The position numbers and the translations under genes are program-made. Shown here piece after piece: positions 47,541 through 61,012 of a stretch of DNA of 64,000 bases. The stretch lies in contig JAUPSS010000001.1 in assembly GCA_040285825.1 (NCBI GenBank), positions 1,116,001 to 1,180,000 on the forward strand, in the 5' to 3' direction. Origin of the DNA: Eukaryota sp. TZLM1-RC (Eukaryota > Protista > Metamonada: BaSk clade). Numbering within the stretch: position 1 is the stretch's first letter; the number at the start of each line of letters is the position of its first letter. The notes under the pieces are model-generated. The model had not been told where the DNA came from and ran no database searches. It saw only the letters and a program-made list of their open reading frames with translations.

Positions 47541-50500
47541 CTGGGTTTTTGCCGTCAGGGTATATAACTAAGACAATAGGAGAGCTGAATTTATAATTAG
47601 ATTCAACTGCATAGCCCATTTCGATCAGTTCATCAAATATTTTGTTTGCTATTTCCATTTTGCTGGGATTTAACCGTCTAGCAGGTTTATGTACTATAGC
47701 ATTCTCATCTCTAAAGGGGATTGTTAGAGGATTACAATCGATTCCTTTTCTATTAGGAGTTTCACTAAAAACATCGCTGAATAATTTTAGTAGACTCGTT
47801 AATTTTAATTTATTATTACTATCATCTAAATTTATCTCACATCCAGATCTTGCTAATTGCTCCTCAAAATCAGAAGGACTTGGTGATTGGTTATCTAAGT
47901 TCCCAATCGAATGTTGAGCGATCCTAGAGTCGAATTCTGATTCTGCATTTAGCAAAGTGCGGTGTTCTTTGTCTAATCTAATGAAAAGACCATCATCCGT
48001 CTGAAGCCCAAGTGCTTTTAACATGTCTGTCCCTATTAATAATTTGTTCGAACCCGGTATTATGGGAAGAGTATGTTTATAGTGAACTTGTTGCGCAATG
48101 CTTCCTACGTTGAACGACAGAATACCAGTTGCACTCCCTAGCGATTTTGTGGATACGTTATTAGCTGGTAAGAACTTAATAGTATCCTTGCTATTGATTG
48201 ACATATGGCATTGTTCAGCTAAATCTGCAGTAATAACTGAACAAAACGCAGCCGCATCTATAGTCGCAATCATTTTAATATCATTTATTGATATCTCCAG
48301 TCTTAGAAATGGAGAACGCTGGGACCTGACGTGGTTTTCACTAACCGTAGAATTAATATCAAAAATGCTATTGATATCAGAGCTGGTTTGGTGAATTTGT
48401 AGAGGAATTAAAAGATTTTGTTGAGCTGTTGGAAAGTTGTTGACTGGGTTTCCTAAATCGGTTGTTGATTGGTTGTGATTGATTGCGTTGATATGTACCC
48501 GATTAGGAAAGTTGCCTGTCCTGCTGTTCCGGTTGCTGTTGTTGATCCGTCTGTGAGGAACCGTACTCGAACGGGTCGGTTTTGACTCAGTAGGGGATGC
48601 GTTTGATGATATGTCCTCTGTTGTGTTTATGTTATGTATAGGTCTGTACTGACCTCTTCCTTTATGACCTCTATAACGGCCTCCACGGCCTCTAAATTTG
48701 AATCTATGTACACGTCTACCACGGCCACCTCGGCCCCTTTCTACACTGCCTCTACTAGCAGGCGCCTCCTGTTCTCCTAATCTGAATCTTTCTTCTTTGG
48801 GAACTCTGCTTCTAGCACAACGAGGATCTTTGCATTCGAATACAGTGTGGCCAACAGGATTGTTACCTTCGACGTTGCTGCAGAATGTACAGAATTTTGA
48901 CCCTTCTCGTTCATGCTTTTCAGGGATGTATTTGTGTTGAGGGGTTCCTCTTGACTTTCCACCTGATCGTCTTGCTCGTTTTGTTGGAGCCTGGGCTGAT
49001 GGTGTTACTCCTCTTGAGTAAGTTCTCATTGCCGTGAGTCCCAAAGGAATATCTTCTTCGTTAGCCCTGTTCCTTAGTACATCCATTGTGGGCTTGTTTC
49101 CTGCTGTGTAACACCAAGCGAGGAAATGTCTTCTCGTTGTCGATATCAAATCGAGTAGAGTTGTTCTGTTCGGTGAGTCCCACAAGGATTCCCTAGTCCA
49201 TACTGGGAGGAGTTCGCTTGATATAGCAAAGTTATCCAGACCCATAAGGAAGTACTCGGCTATTAGAGCGGGAGATATGGTTATCAACCCACTGCTTCCT
49301 CTAATTAAATCGGGGATGGTTAGGTCGGTCATGTAGGTGGTCATTCTCAAGACGTCTCCAAAATCTTCTACATAACGACCAAACTCGTTGTCAGCCTCAT
49401 GCCTATTGTGGATTTTCCTCCAATTTATTCTAGGCTTCATTAGAGCTGTACCAGCCTCATGATATGATGTGAATTGCGTTCTTTTTAACAGAAATACCAT
49501 GACGTCGGCGTCGGTATAATCAACACCGAGTAAACCTTGACTCTGCCATCTAGATAGAAGGCTAGGGTCGATCATGCTGGATATTCCTGTGGGGCAAGTG
49601 CTCATCATCATGCTCCTAAATAAATCATAATGGTGGATTGGGGGTCCGAGCTTATCTGTTATAGCTGGATCAATCCTTACCAAAGGCTGTGTTGTATCCC
49701 TGGTGATCTCGTCGCGTATATGTTTGGGGAGATCTTTAATCCTATCTTGGGTTATTTCTGCTTGGCCTTCTCCAAATAGCTGGGTAGCTATCATAAAGGC
49801 TCTGGTCCAATCTGATTGACCTGGGGCTTCGAAGCTTCTATTAACTATCTTTCGCCCGTATTTATCCCAAGTTTGAAATTTTAAAAGAAAAGCTATGATA
49901 GACATTTTGTTAATAGGGTCATCAGCGGATAATCGAGGTCTTTTATAGTCGATATCCTTAGACCGTGGATCAATCTGTCTATGAAGGCTACTAGCTATGC
50001 TCATGTCAATAGCTCTTCTTGAGGATTGTAGGTCCTCAATACGCATAGGTCTATCGGAAGAAGAGTCTCTTACTGAGGGTTGAGGAGGAGCCGTTTCTCC
50101 AACGACTGGCCCGTTCAACTCAATGTCTTCTCCAATTTCACTTTCCATGGGTTTAGAGGAAGTTGGTTCTTCCTGAGGTGCAACGTCTTGTCTTGTTACA
50201 GGTTCCGGGACGTTCACTGTTGGAACATGATCGGGTATGCTGTCGATAGAGCAGACCTGTATTGGTTGGCTTTTTTCAGAAATTATAGGGGCTACAACAG
50301 GCAGTTTGGGAAGGTGGAGAGATGTGGATGGATCTCCCGTTACCCATTGTCTAAACTCTCGTTGTTTTGTGAACGAGTTACCATGTTGTTGGGTGTAGTT
50401 GTTAGGACGGCTCCTATACGTGGATACAGCTGATCGTTCCGTATGAATGTTATTTAGAGCGTCTGCATCAAACCAGGGGGTTACTGGTTCAAGCTTGTCT

Positions 50501-51539
50501 TGTTCACTACTATCCTCCTGCTCCATAAATTCCCTAAAATATGTGGGTGCACCCTCTGTCAGCTCCGTGTAATTATGGATTTCCGTATCAAAGTTAGGAT
50601 CAAACCAGGCAGGCAATTTGGATTGTAGGATGTCTTCCGAGTCGGTCCTACTTCTCTGTTCGATGGAGAGAAACCTTATTCTCCTGCCGTATTGATCTAG
50701 GAAGGAGGCCTTCCAATCCAATCTATCTTTGATGGGAAGAGACATCAATTCATTGATTCTCTTGTCCATTCCAGAGATTCTGGGGCGGCGTTCTGCGTTA
50801 CGCCCGAATGTCTCTCTACTCAATTTATCGAGTGCCTTTATGAGTTCATTCCTTTCATTGAGGGAAATTTCCAATACCTTTTGGGTATCCCCAATCATTC
50901 CGAGGGTCTGGAAACCAACGTTTCTGCCTCTTTTTGAACATAACTCCATAAAGGGGGAAGTTGCTCGAACAGACAGAAATCTGTTGGTTCGAGGTAAGCC
51001 TCCGCGTCCTCTCTTAATAACTTGTAGAACCCCTCAGAAGAGTCGTCTTCTCCCTCCATTTCATCTAGTTGAGATTGAATTTCTTCATATTCTCCTAATG
51101 GGGAAGACGTGTCTAAGGTGGGATCTCCATCCGTTCCCTTTGAGACAGGTTCTAGAATTGGGAGGGGAGAGGGAGCCGGGTCCGTTCTCGTTGCCTCTTC
51201 CATTGCTTTGAGGGGAGAGGGAGCCGGGTCCGTTCTCGTAACCTCATCTGTTACTTTTTTCCTGAGGGGAGAGGGAGCCGGGTCCGTTCTCGTAACCTCA
51301 TCTGTTACTTTTTTCCTGAGGGGAGAGGGAGCCGGGTCCGTTCTCGTTACCTCTTCTGTTGTTGAAGATGGAGGGACCTCGTCCACTCTTTCATCTTCTT
51401 CTACATTAAGGGAGGGGGAGGTGGGATCCGGGTCCGTTGCCTCGTTGCCCTCTATATCATGTGTATGTGATGCTGGTACCTGCTGCATATTAAGTGGTGG
51501 ATTAGAGTCAGAGATATCTGGTTGGGAGATGTCTGACAT
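47536..51539 (-). pseudogene. Very long Gag + aspartic protease + RT start (ORFs 50895-51539 and 47536-50949)
   Basis: CTFC-x10-H-x4-C knuckle, RGG tract, protease-like ATIDAAAFCS, SSPIVLV; acidic, Pro-rich N-terminus. Confidence 0.8.
51160..51350 (-). repeat. Coding minisatellite (54-bp period) in the Gag N-terminus
   Basis: EVTRTDPAPSPLRKKVTD repeated about 4 times, one copy shortened. Confidence 0.85.
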
Positions 51540-51616
51540 GCTGTAAAGTGTCTGAAGATGTTCGCTAATGCTGAAGTTATGGTATACCTTTTGACTTTAA
51601 AATGGCCAATAATTAT

Positions 51617-51695
51617 TGTTGCCTAAAGTCTATTGTAGTAAAGAAAAGTCTGATTTATTTTCTATTCATATTATATAAGCCTTAGGGCGCCAACA
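51617..51695 (-). repeat. 5' LTR (79 bp)
   Basis: Identical to 44526-44604. Confidence 0.92.
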
Positions 51696-53080
51696 CTATT
51701 CCAAACATCAACAGGTAGTTCCTGCACCATGTTTTCAAGAGAAATTAATAATGGATGTGTTTCATTCAAAGGAATATGATCAAAACGAAGTTTCCACTCA
51801 AAAAGAAAATTTTTGATACCGCCAATAAAAGCACTTTTATATAAATACTCTGCTTTTGAAAAACCAACTCCACCAATTTTATTACTAAAAATGCATGATA
51901 AGGAATTTTTGATGGACAAACTTCTACTAAATCTCCTAAGAAATATGTTCTCAAAGTATTTAATTGACGTGCAAAATCATGTGAAATTGTGGGGGATAAA
52001 GAACGAAGAAGGTGATTAATTTTTGATCCAAAGCATACATTTAGGACCGAAAACGCTAAATGTTCGTCAATTTCTAGATTTTGAATAGCAAAAAGTTGCT
52101 CTTCGATTTTCCCAAAATACCTGACAAAATCGATTTAACTTTTTCACAAGTTCCAAATTTAAAGCCAAGAAAACGAATAGCATCTTCTTCATAATCAAAG
52201 TATTTGATATATGTTTCATTAAATGCTACCCCAGCATCCTGATTACCAATAATGAAACACTTGGGCAATTTTATATCTAACACTGTTTGGACAGGATAAC
52301 GAAATGTTGTACCCGTGCGGTAGAAAAAACAAAGGGCCGATAAGTGATAAATCATCTGCATCAGCACATATATGAATGTCAAGAAAATCCAACTTAAATT
52401 TTACCAACTGATTGCAGTGCTAAGCAAAAGAAAAATGGACCCAATGGATGGACCTCTTGACGAAACAATATACTGAGAATGAAAAATTAAGTAAGAGGGT
52501 GATCCATACATCAATTTCAAATACGTCAAAAGTGGAGAATTATGTAGTTCAAGTTATTGTAAAATACTTGAGCGAAAAACCGTGTGGTAAACATTTTTAG
52601 AATCAATATTCAATGAATAATTCTCGCCTTTTTAATTGAAAAATAAATCTGTACACAACGCAGCACAAATTGTGCCATCAGAAATGCCAATTGCAAACTG
52701 ATAAGGACGAAAAATTTAATTGCGGATGACTTAAGTTTTTTAAAAGAAATAATTGCTAATAATCTCATTATGGACTCACCAACAGCAATAGGTCTGACAC
52801 CACCCCCAGGCTTACTTAGAACAACTAAACGAGATGCCATTAACGCTTGTGGTAATTTAAGGCGTCCCATGATAACACCATTAAAAAAGAAAGCTAAATC
52901 ATCCACGATTTATGTACATATGTTGACGTCCGACTTCAAATAATCATAACTAAGTCCAGAAGTCCCAGTAGAACGACCAGACGTAAGTCCTTTAATAGCT
53001 ACACTAACTTCATCAGAAGTAATAAGGTTAGCAGTGAAGAAATCACGTTTAGTATCAGAGACAATATGATTAATGGTGAA
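51696..53080 (-). mobile_element. CRE-clade non-LTR retrotransposon, RT portion (decayed)
   Basis: GRSTGTSGLSYDYLK, ASRLVVLSKPGGGVRPIAVGESIMRL, PLGPFFFC, ADD, RFLG..FG, IGGVG. Confidence 0.85.
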
Positions 53081-53087
53081 AACTTGA

Positions 53088-54585
53088 TTCTTGTTGTGTA
53101 AGAACTTAAGCTCAACATTCTTGAAAGTGAAACAAGTGAATACATGCACTGTTTCCTGATACATTTCCTCAGTAAAATCAGTAATTTCGGATTCAAGTTG
53201 CAAAATACAGATTTTTTCACAATTTTGCCAAACAACCAATAATTGGAACAAAAATGTGAAAGACTATGCTGAAATGTTTCAGTGGAAAGAAAATTGCTTC
53301 TATCAATTTTATATTCTCCAGTTGTTTCCCTAAAAGTGTGTTCAGTTCCTCGGCCAAAGAACAAATGATAGCATCCATAAGGAGTTGGTGTATAATCAAC
53401 TTCAAACAGTTGAAAACTGAATGATTAATGATTAATGATTAATGAGTCGTTTATGTATTTATGGGACTCTAACTTAAGAGTATTACTCTCAATATTTTGT
53501 CGAGACTCTGAAATATGAGAATAAACGATATTTTAATTTTATTTTATATTTTAATTTAGATATTTTAATTTAAACGAAATTTACTTGGAACATCTCTCTT
53601 TCTTAAGATTAAAATCAAATGAATCAATGCAACATATCTAATGATACAGTAAATAATGTCACAACAAATAATAAATTATTTTGAACAAACAAATAGTTAT
53701 CGACTAAAATGAAAAACAAATATTCTTTGAAAAAATCATGAAAATCATGAAAATCAAACTAAAGCAATAGAAAATAAATCAGGCAATGAGCAATGATGAA
53801 CCACAATGAATGATACCTATATTCGAGAAAAGAATAACTGAAACAACTACGTAAACTCAAAGTAGCAAAGAAAACACAGAAAAACAAAGAAAACACCACA
53901 AATTCTATATAGAACAAACAGTAAATAAAACAAAAATGACAGGAAAACAGTAAATGAAATAATATAAGAAAGGAAAATAATCAACAGGAAAAGTAGAACA
54001 AAACCAAAAATTATATAAACTAAATTAGAAGATTAAACAACTCCAACCCAAACCCTAATATAATCATATTACACCTTATTCAGGATAGGGTGATGGTGTA
54101 ATAACAACTTTGATTGTTCTTTCATGGCTTGTGACCATTCGACTTACTGGCAAATGACGTGAAGAAAAGAGAAACATAAATGGAAGTCGATCTCGTTCTG
54201 ATTGAGACAGCTGTGTCCATAGGTGTGCAAGAAACGGAATGATTGTTGAAGGATTTAGAAGAGAAGTGGAGTTTGTCTATGTGGAAAGGTGAATAAAGAA
54301 GACGAAACATATGAACAGAAAAAGAAAGTCATGGTAGGATGTAGGGATATTTTCAACAATGACATACAATCATTCTGGTTTGTAGGGGATGTATAGCTGG
54401 TGTTTAGAGATGACTAAAGATGACTAGAGATGAGAAATTCTGCTCAAGAGAAATTTACAATCCTCTGCAGAAAACTACATCACAACCTTCAAACAATGCA
54501 ATACTGACTTTGATGAGACCGACTGTAGTAATCAAGATGATGTACTACCAATGCATTTCAGTCCTTTGATCACTCCAATGACATG
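53088..54585. repeat. ~1.5 kb dispersed repeat, copy 2
   Basis: See 25745-27225. Confidence 0.9.
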
Positions 54586-55779
54586 TTTACCTCCAAGGCG
54601 ACTCACCGTTAGAACTGAGCAAGCAAAAACATTGAAAAATACATTCTCAGCACCAAGTACGTCTTCTCTTACAAATTTTCGTCATTTCAGAAATTATTTT
54701 TGAAAATTGAAATAGAAATTGCAGACATTACTTGTCTAACCTCCCTGTTCAACTGAACTTTTAGAAGTTGAATATTCGGAGGTAGTCGCAACTGATTCGC
54801 AGATGTTTCAGTTTATTATGGTTATTCAAATTGCTCCAAGTTATGTTAGTTGGAAATTGTCTCTCAAATTCTATTTATTTGTACTTAATATAAATATAGA
54901 TCACAGCCCCAAGGTTGGTACAACTATTCGAAATAGGGCTCTAGTTTTAAATTCGGTAAATATTGTGCGAAATCAGTCTAAAACTGTAAAACTGTATTCT
55001 AAAGTATTTTAATTTTTAGCCTTACCTTGCTCTTTACGGTTGAAAATTCATTAAAATAGGTCAAAATGGCTCAAGTTGCTTTGTCTCCTCTCCAAATTTT
55101 TGCTAGTTTCAATTTTCGATTATTGGTTTAGTATGATATTCTGTCACTTTCTGGTCAGCCCTTAAAAAGCGTGCAACAGTTTGATTTCAATGATATACAC
55201 ATTGTTTATTCTGTTATTAAACCTATTCTGTTTATTGGTGGAAAATGAAGAGACACAATGTACCTAAATTGATTTGATACCGAAATGACTATTGGCGAAT
55301 AGAAACAGTAAAGAGTATGCTTGTATGGACAATGAACAAATCAATAGGTGTTGTAAATGTGTACCTTAAAATGTTAAGCCCAACCAGAAAGATTGACGTA
55401 TAACAGTATTTGTCACCTTGATCCATCTTAAAAACACTACAAACGTAAAACTTGAAAAATTATTCAAACTTTGTTGAAACATCTTCTTTTTAATTAGGGT
55501 CAAGTATACATTCTTTCAACATTACAGAAACGATTTTCTGGAATGTATGAAAATGATCTTGATAATAATATTTGCAGCTTGGCTGTTTTAAATCAAAATC
55601 TTTACTCATTGTGATTGAAACAGGGTGGTTGTGAAAATAAGTCATCAGATTCTCCATTTTTTATAACCAGTGTACCACGAAGATTTGGATTGTGTGTCAT
55701 TAATGAAGCATTTGTAACAAAGACGAGGTTATATTAGAATATCCCCATTAATCAATTATTAGCAAAAGAAAAATGTATT

Positions 55780-56450
55780 TGTTCGAATTCACCTCAAGTC
55801 GCTTTGCGACATGATCTGAAATGTTTTCAAATGATAACTTATCGTTCTTCATTACATGATGTTGATAGAGACACTGTTTTTAATATGGCACAAACTGGAA
55901 GAATATTGTGTATCAAAGAGCCTCTGCTGAAGGAAACACTTTCTCTCAATATTTTTGGTTCTGATGATGGAGATGAAGTATTCTGTGATTGGATTGATAA
56001 CTTGCAAGCAATTGTTGACTCTGTCTCGGGTAATGTTGCAAATCATACTTTGGTTCACAGAGGAAAACTTAATCCTGTGAGTGCTCTTCATTTTAAAGCA
56101 AAAGAAAAACACAGAAAATATGATACAGATATTGAAAAAAGCTAATGTTGGTAGAAATACACAGCTGGTTTTTATTGCTTTCCCATTTTCGATAAACGGA
56201 AGATTATTAGTTGAAGCAGAAACTTTTCTCAATGGCTTCCAAAAAATACAATGAAAAGATTTGATAATTTTATGGCGTTCTCGGATTCAATTTGCCATTA
56301 TTAATAGATTACCTTGGTTTTTGAATCGAATAAGAGACGCTTTAGCTAGACAGCAAGTAGATCAAGATTTTGAAGACGAAATCTTGGTTCAATGATATTC
56401 GTCCCATTAGTTATGAGTTAATTTAATTAAGTGTGCATGTTCAATAAATA
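55780..56450 (+). mobile_element. CRE-clade RLE 3' fragment (same subfamily as 14700-15390)
   Basis: MRHDLKC...SSLHD.DRD...KEPLLKE...KAKEKHRKY; 3' UTR also matches. Confidence 0.82.
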
Positions 56451-57130
56451 CTGTACTTCAAATATGTCTATTCAGATCATTATCACTTTGTTGAAACCTA
56501 CTGATGATTTACATTCACCGACACATAATCTACTTGTCAAATGACTGGCTCAAGAAAATTAGTTGTTACTTGACTCGAGTCCAATCTAAGTAAATTTGTC
56601 AAGGAAATCTTACTCTTCTAAAGAAGACAATTCTAGTTATACCTTTAATAAAAAAATTCATTAGTATTTACCTATTGCAATTCTATAATACCAGTTCTGT
56701 GACCAGTTATTCTCATAGCAATCAACAAAAACTGTTTGTTTTGCTTTTATCATTCTTCCCCCCCCCCAGGACTTCCGAATAATAAAAAATCACTCGGTGA
56801 GAACTCTCTCACTTTGGTGGTAATGATGAAGTACTGATTGGTTAGCGTTACGTTATTTGAGAACCATGAAGAGATAATGAAGATGATGATTAGAAGGCTG
56901 TTGTTTATTAATGAATTAGTGTAAATTTAGGACGAACACGTGTACAAAATGAGAAGAGATGGGAAGATATTTTTCACAAACTGTCTTGGTACGATATGCC
57001 TAACCTCTAATCAACACATAAGCAAATGAGAAAACTTGTTTGACTTTATGAAACTAATTGTCCGATCACAAACTGCTACGATTATATTTTGGCAAGACGA
57101 TTGGCTTAATTCAACAGGTAGAATCCGTAA

Positions 57131-57687
57131 CAAAACGCAGTTCCAGGATCGTATTGCTTATTCTCTTTATTTATTACTAGCGGGTTTCCCAAAGCAGTGT
57201 CTCCTAGGCTACTCAATGATAGTTGAGTTGGTAAACATGATCGGTTTTCCCGAGTTGAGCAAGACGTTGCCTAGCTGAAATCAGACGTTATTGAGCTGAA
57301 ATCAGACGTTAATGAACTGAAATCAGATGTTGCCGAACTGAAATCAGACGTTATTGAACTGAAATCAGACGTTACTCAGCTGAAATCAGACATTGCTGAG
57401 CTCAAAGCAGGCATGATTAGATTTATAGCACTATTGGAATCACAAGTTTGTCTTGTTGATTTACATAAAAACAGAAGAATGTGGTTGACCAAATGTGCAT
57501 ATAAATATAAACAAACCAAAGACTTTGGAAATCAGCATCATCGGAATTAGTCCAGTAACATCATGCAAGAAAAGCGATCAAGTTTACCAATACAACTATC
57601 CTTGAATGGTCTAGAAAACACTTCTTTGGGGAACCCTCTAGTAATAAATACAGAGAAGAACCAATACGATCCTGGAACTGCGTTTTG
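57131..57687. repeat. ~119-bp diverged inverted repeats enclosing a 21-bp heptad-coding tandem repeat
   Basis: Arms 57131-57249 and 57569-57687; about 7 copies of (G/A)CTGAAATCAGACGTTnnnGA at 57253-57410 (ELKSDVx). Confidence 0.8.
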
Positions 57688-58108
57688 CTAAAGATACTAC
57701 AAAGTAAGAAAGGACTTTGATCAATATGGTAATCAAAGTACCTCAATGGCACATTACATATTTCGACTAAACATGGCTTGGGAGAAAGGAAATAGGATAC
57801 CTAGATGTTGGAACTCCTCGTGAATCATACAGAAACACCTTCGAATGCTGCGTTCACGAAGAAGGATTCAGAATGCGGAGGCGTGTTTCTTTGGAATACA
57901 TTGAAGATACATTCTCCTCCCTGGTTTCCAAAGTTCCTAGAGTTATTCTCAAACAATAAGATCCAGGACAAAACCGGCTGCAACCTAACTTCTAAAGTTC
58001 TAACATGTATGGACAAATGCTAGTATGTTGCTGACAGCCACATGTTGAGTGAAAACAAAAAAACTTACCAGTAGCAAGTATAAATGGGAATTCATTTCTT
58101 TTTTATTA

Positions 58109-58807
58109 TTAGATGAACTGACTTTTGTAATTTTGCGCTTCCTTTTGAATTTGTTGAAATTCAGTTTCTAAAATATTATTTTCAGCCACTTGATTAGTTA
58201 ATTCCAAATCCTTTTCATTAATTTCAGACATTAACTGGGAATTTCGGAATCTTAACTTTGAAATTTCAGTTTCCAGTTTAGACATTGTTGATTGGTGATC
58301 AGAAACTTGCGATTGTAAATTAACCAACTCTAACTGTTGGTTGACCGCCTTGCCATCGTGATTGCTTTTCAGCTCAGTTATTAACCTTTCCTTTTCAATC
58401 AAATCATTTTCAAGTTCGGAAAGCTGCAGACTCTGAGATTGAGTAGTTTCATTTAATTTAGATACTTCACACTCAAGTTGGTGGTTTAGTGATTGAACAC
58501 TGCTCATTTCTTGGTTAAGTTGTGATATGTGCGCATCATGAGAGTGTAGAGACGACAGAGCAAGGGAAAGAGAGGACTGTAGTTGAGATTCAATTGAGGT
58601 AAGTTCTGCATTGATATCATGGCGAAGGTCATTGAGATCAGAACGAAGCGAGAACGCATTTGAAACCTTCTGGAGTGTGTCTGGAGCGAAAAATACATCA
58701 CTTACTTGTGGAAGAGGAAGATTATGTGATTTGCAGTAGTTTTGATAAGTAGTGATTGTGTGTTTAAGCTGAATCACCTTGGTTTGTAAAGAATTGAGTT
58801 TAGACAT
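58109..58807 (-). CDS. Coiled-coil protein (may be part of a longer, spliced gene)
   Basis: 232-aa heptad-rich ORF; possible 5' UTR intron GTAAG...CAG at ~58912-58841; GTAAG donor near 58067. Confidence 0.65.
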   Translation of the reverse strand: MSKLNSLQTKVIQLKHTITTYQNYCKSHNLPLPQVSDVFFAPDTLQKVSNAFSLRSDLNDLRHDINAELTSIESQLQSSLSLALSSLHSHDAHISQLNQEMSSVQSLNHQLECEVSKLNETTQSQSLQLSELENDLIEKERLITELKSNHDGKAVNQQLELVNLQSQVSDHQSTMSKLETEISKLRFRNSQLMSEINEKDLELTNQVAENNILETEFQQIQKEAQNYKSQFI

Positions 58808-58940
58808 CGGCTAATAACACAAAACGTCAAACAGTGGTAACCTGTTGAGATTAATGGAGGACGTGGATAAAATGAACTGAGATGCTGAACTACTCAGTTG
58901 GAGAATTCTTACAATGAAGTGAGGGGAAAGTGTGGGAATA

Positions 58941-59062
58941 GTGAAAACCTCCCAAAACCAAGTTGAGGGTTAAAAACCTCCCAGAATAGGCAACCAGAAG
59001 TCGAAAATGGGTGACAAGTGTAAAATTTGATAGATGAGCTCTTTATTCTCACTACATGTCAG
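58941..59062 (+). promoter_or_regulatory. Conserved leader upstream of Fanzor locus B
   Basis: Homologous to 830-943; contains AAAACCTCCCA twice; ends at the Fanzor ATG (59056). Confidence 0.6.
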
Positions 59063-61012
59063 ACACCCCCTCTGTATCACGTGTATTCACTCGGTCTTGT
59101 GCACTTAACTCGCTGCTGACCCCTGCAGCGGTGCAACAAATTCGGACTGACCTTCCTGTGGTCACCGAGATTTGTCATGAAGCGTCTTTATTACTTCAAT
59201 CTTTTCTTCTAAATTTTCCGTTGGCATCAAGAGCTTTAGTGGAACAGGATGTATGGTATCTGTTTATGACCGTCATCACCACTGGTTCTTTTCCAAAGCC
59301 TTCCACATCTAAAGGCCAACGCCAATTACTCCATATCTTTTACAATGGATTTCTTCCTGAATGCCCACAAGACAGGTCTCTTGTTTCTGTGTGGGAAAAT
59401 TCTTTAGTACCTTACAGAAATTCATTCAATCTTTTCCTCAATGATTGGCTGCAGTCCCAGAACTGTAATTTTATCAATAGAAAAGGGCTTTCTTCTTATC
59501 TTGCCTGTCGTGCTCATCAATTGGCCTCCAACGTTAAGACATGTTTACCCAAAATTTGTCAATCCTGGACAAAAAACTTTATTCGTGCTCATTGTAGAGC
59601 CCTGAATAAAACAAATGTCTTTGCAAATAATATTCTTTCACTTTTGCCAGATGAACTACTAGCCCAACCCGAGGAAGTAGTAGTTGATTCTGTTCTTGAA
59701 TACCTCATCAATTTCAATTTGAATAATTCAAGAGAAAGATTTTTTTTATTGAATGCATGTAGGTTTATCTTGAATCTCTTTCAAAGATTTCCTACCACTG
59801 CCTCCCTACTGTCCTCACATGATAAAATCACTTTTTCATCAAAGGAAATTAGTGAGCTTTTTCTCTTCAATCTTAAAATTTCACAATACTTACTCACTTT
59901 CTTTTCTCATATGCATTGCTGGAAGAAATTTAGAATAATACCTTTAGCTTCTCATAAAGGTTCTAAATTTATTGAGGTACCTTCACAAATTTTCCACTCT
60001 GTGAAAAAAATTTCCAATTATTGAAGGATCATCTTCCAAAACAAAGTTTATCAAAAATACATGTCTGAAACGAATATTCAAACAATGTCCTTACCAAAAA
60101 TTCAATATCAACAGAAAAAGTTTGAAAAATAGATTTAACAAAATTTTATTGAAAACTAATGGTAATGAACTGCTTTTGACCTTTGAAGGTAAAAATAATG
60201 ACTCAGAAAACACAGATGAGCTGGATGAACCACCGAAAAAGAAAAGAAGATCAAAAAGTGAAATGAAAAGTGACCCTAATGCCAACAAAACCAGAGAAAC
60301 ACAGTTGAAGGGTACTAAAAAATGCCCCGTCGAAGACGTAGACATCCAGTCGAAATTTTACCTGAAAGGCCCCTTATCGGCGTTGATCTTGGCCAATCAA
60401 GATTATGTGGTTACTTCTTAAATGATAATCAATGTGGAGTTATCCCTTGTCCAACTGGCAGAAGATACATGACAAAAAAATTCACCCAGTAAACACTCTC
60501 CCAACCAATATTCCGTTCAAAATTTCAACCAATATTTGAACCATTGGAATTTGGTCAGGAGGAAAGTGTATTTGGAAAGTAATCGCCAGAAATGGAAAAT
60601 AATTAAATTTGATAACCGCAGACGAAAAGAGAGACGGTTCAGAGAGAGTCTCAACAAATTTCAAAGTCTGGCTGGACATCCTGAAAAACTCTATCTTGCT
60701 GTGGGTTCTGCTAATTTCCCTTCTCATTGCCGAAAAGTCAATCGATATGGATCAGCAAGGGCTTTCAGAAAATGGTTGTGTTATCAAAAGGACGTGAAGC
60801 ACTTGTCAACCAGTGAATTTAATACAAGCAAAATGTCAAGTTGTTGCATGGCCGAGAATATTCAAGCAGGCTCATGGCAGATGCGTATTTGTACTGAGTG
60901 TCAAATAGTATATGACAGAGATATTTCCGCTGCAAAAAATATTCAAATTAAGAAGAAAGCGGAATTGTGGCCGGAAAGATACATTTGCCCAGATGCTCTG
61001 CTGAGGAGATGA
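59056..61012 (+). CDS. Fanzor1 RNA-guided endonuclease, ~650 aa when three frameshifts are corrected (locus B)
   Basis: N-terminal RSCALNSLL and EICHEASLLLQSFLL; LKTNG; RuvC-I LIGVDLGQ (alternative frame ~60373-60397); LAVGSANF; RuvC-II SEFNTSKMSSCC; CTEC; RuvC-III YDRDISAAKNI. Confidence 0.85.

Larger units (their letters stand above)
44526..51695 (-). mobile_element. Full-length Ty3/Gypsy (chromovirus-like) LTR retrotransposon, 7170 bp
   Basis: Identical 79-bp TG...CA LTRs; PPT GAAAAAGGGAAGAAGCAG; gag-PR-RT-RH-INT order with a chromodomain-like tail; several frameshifts. Confidence 0.95.
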
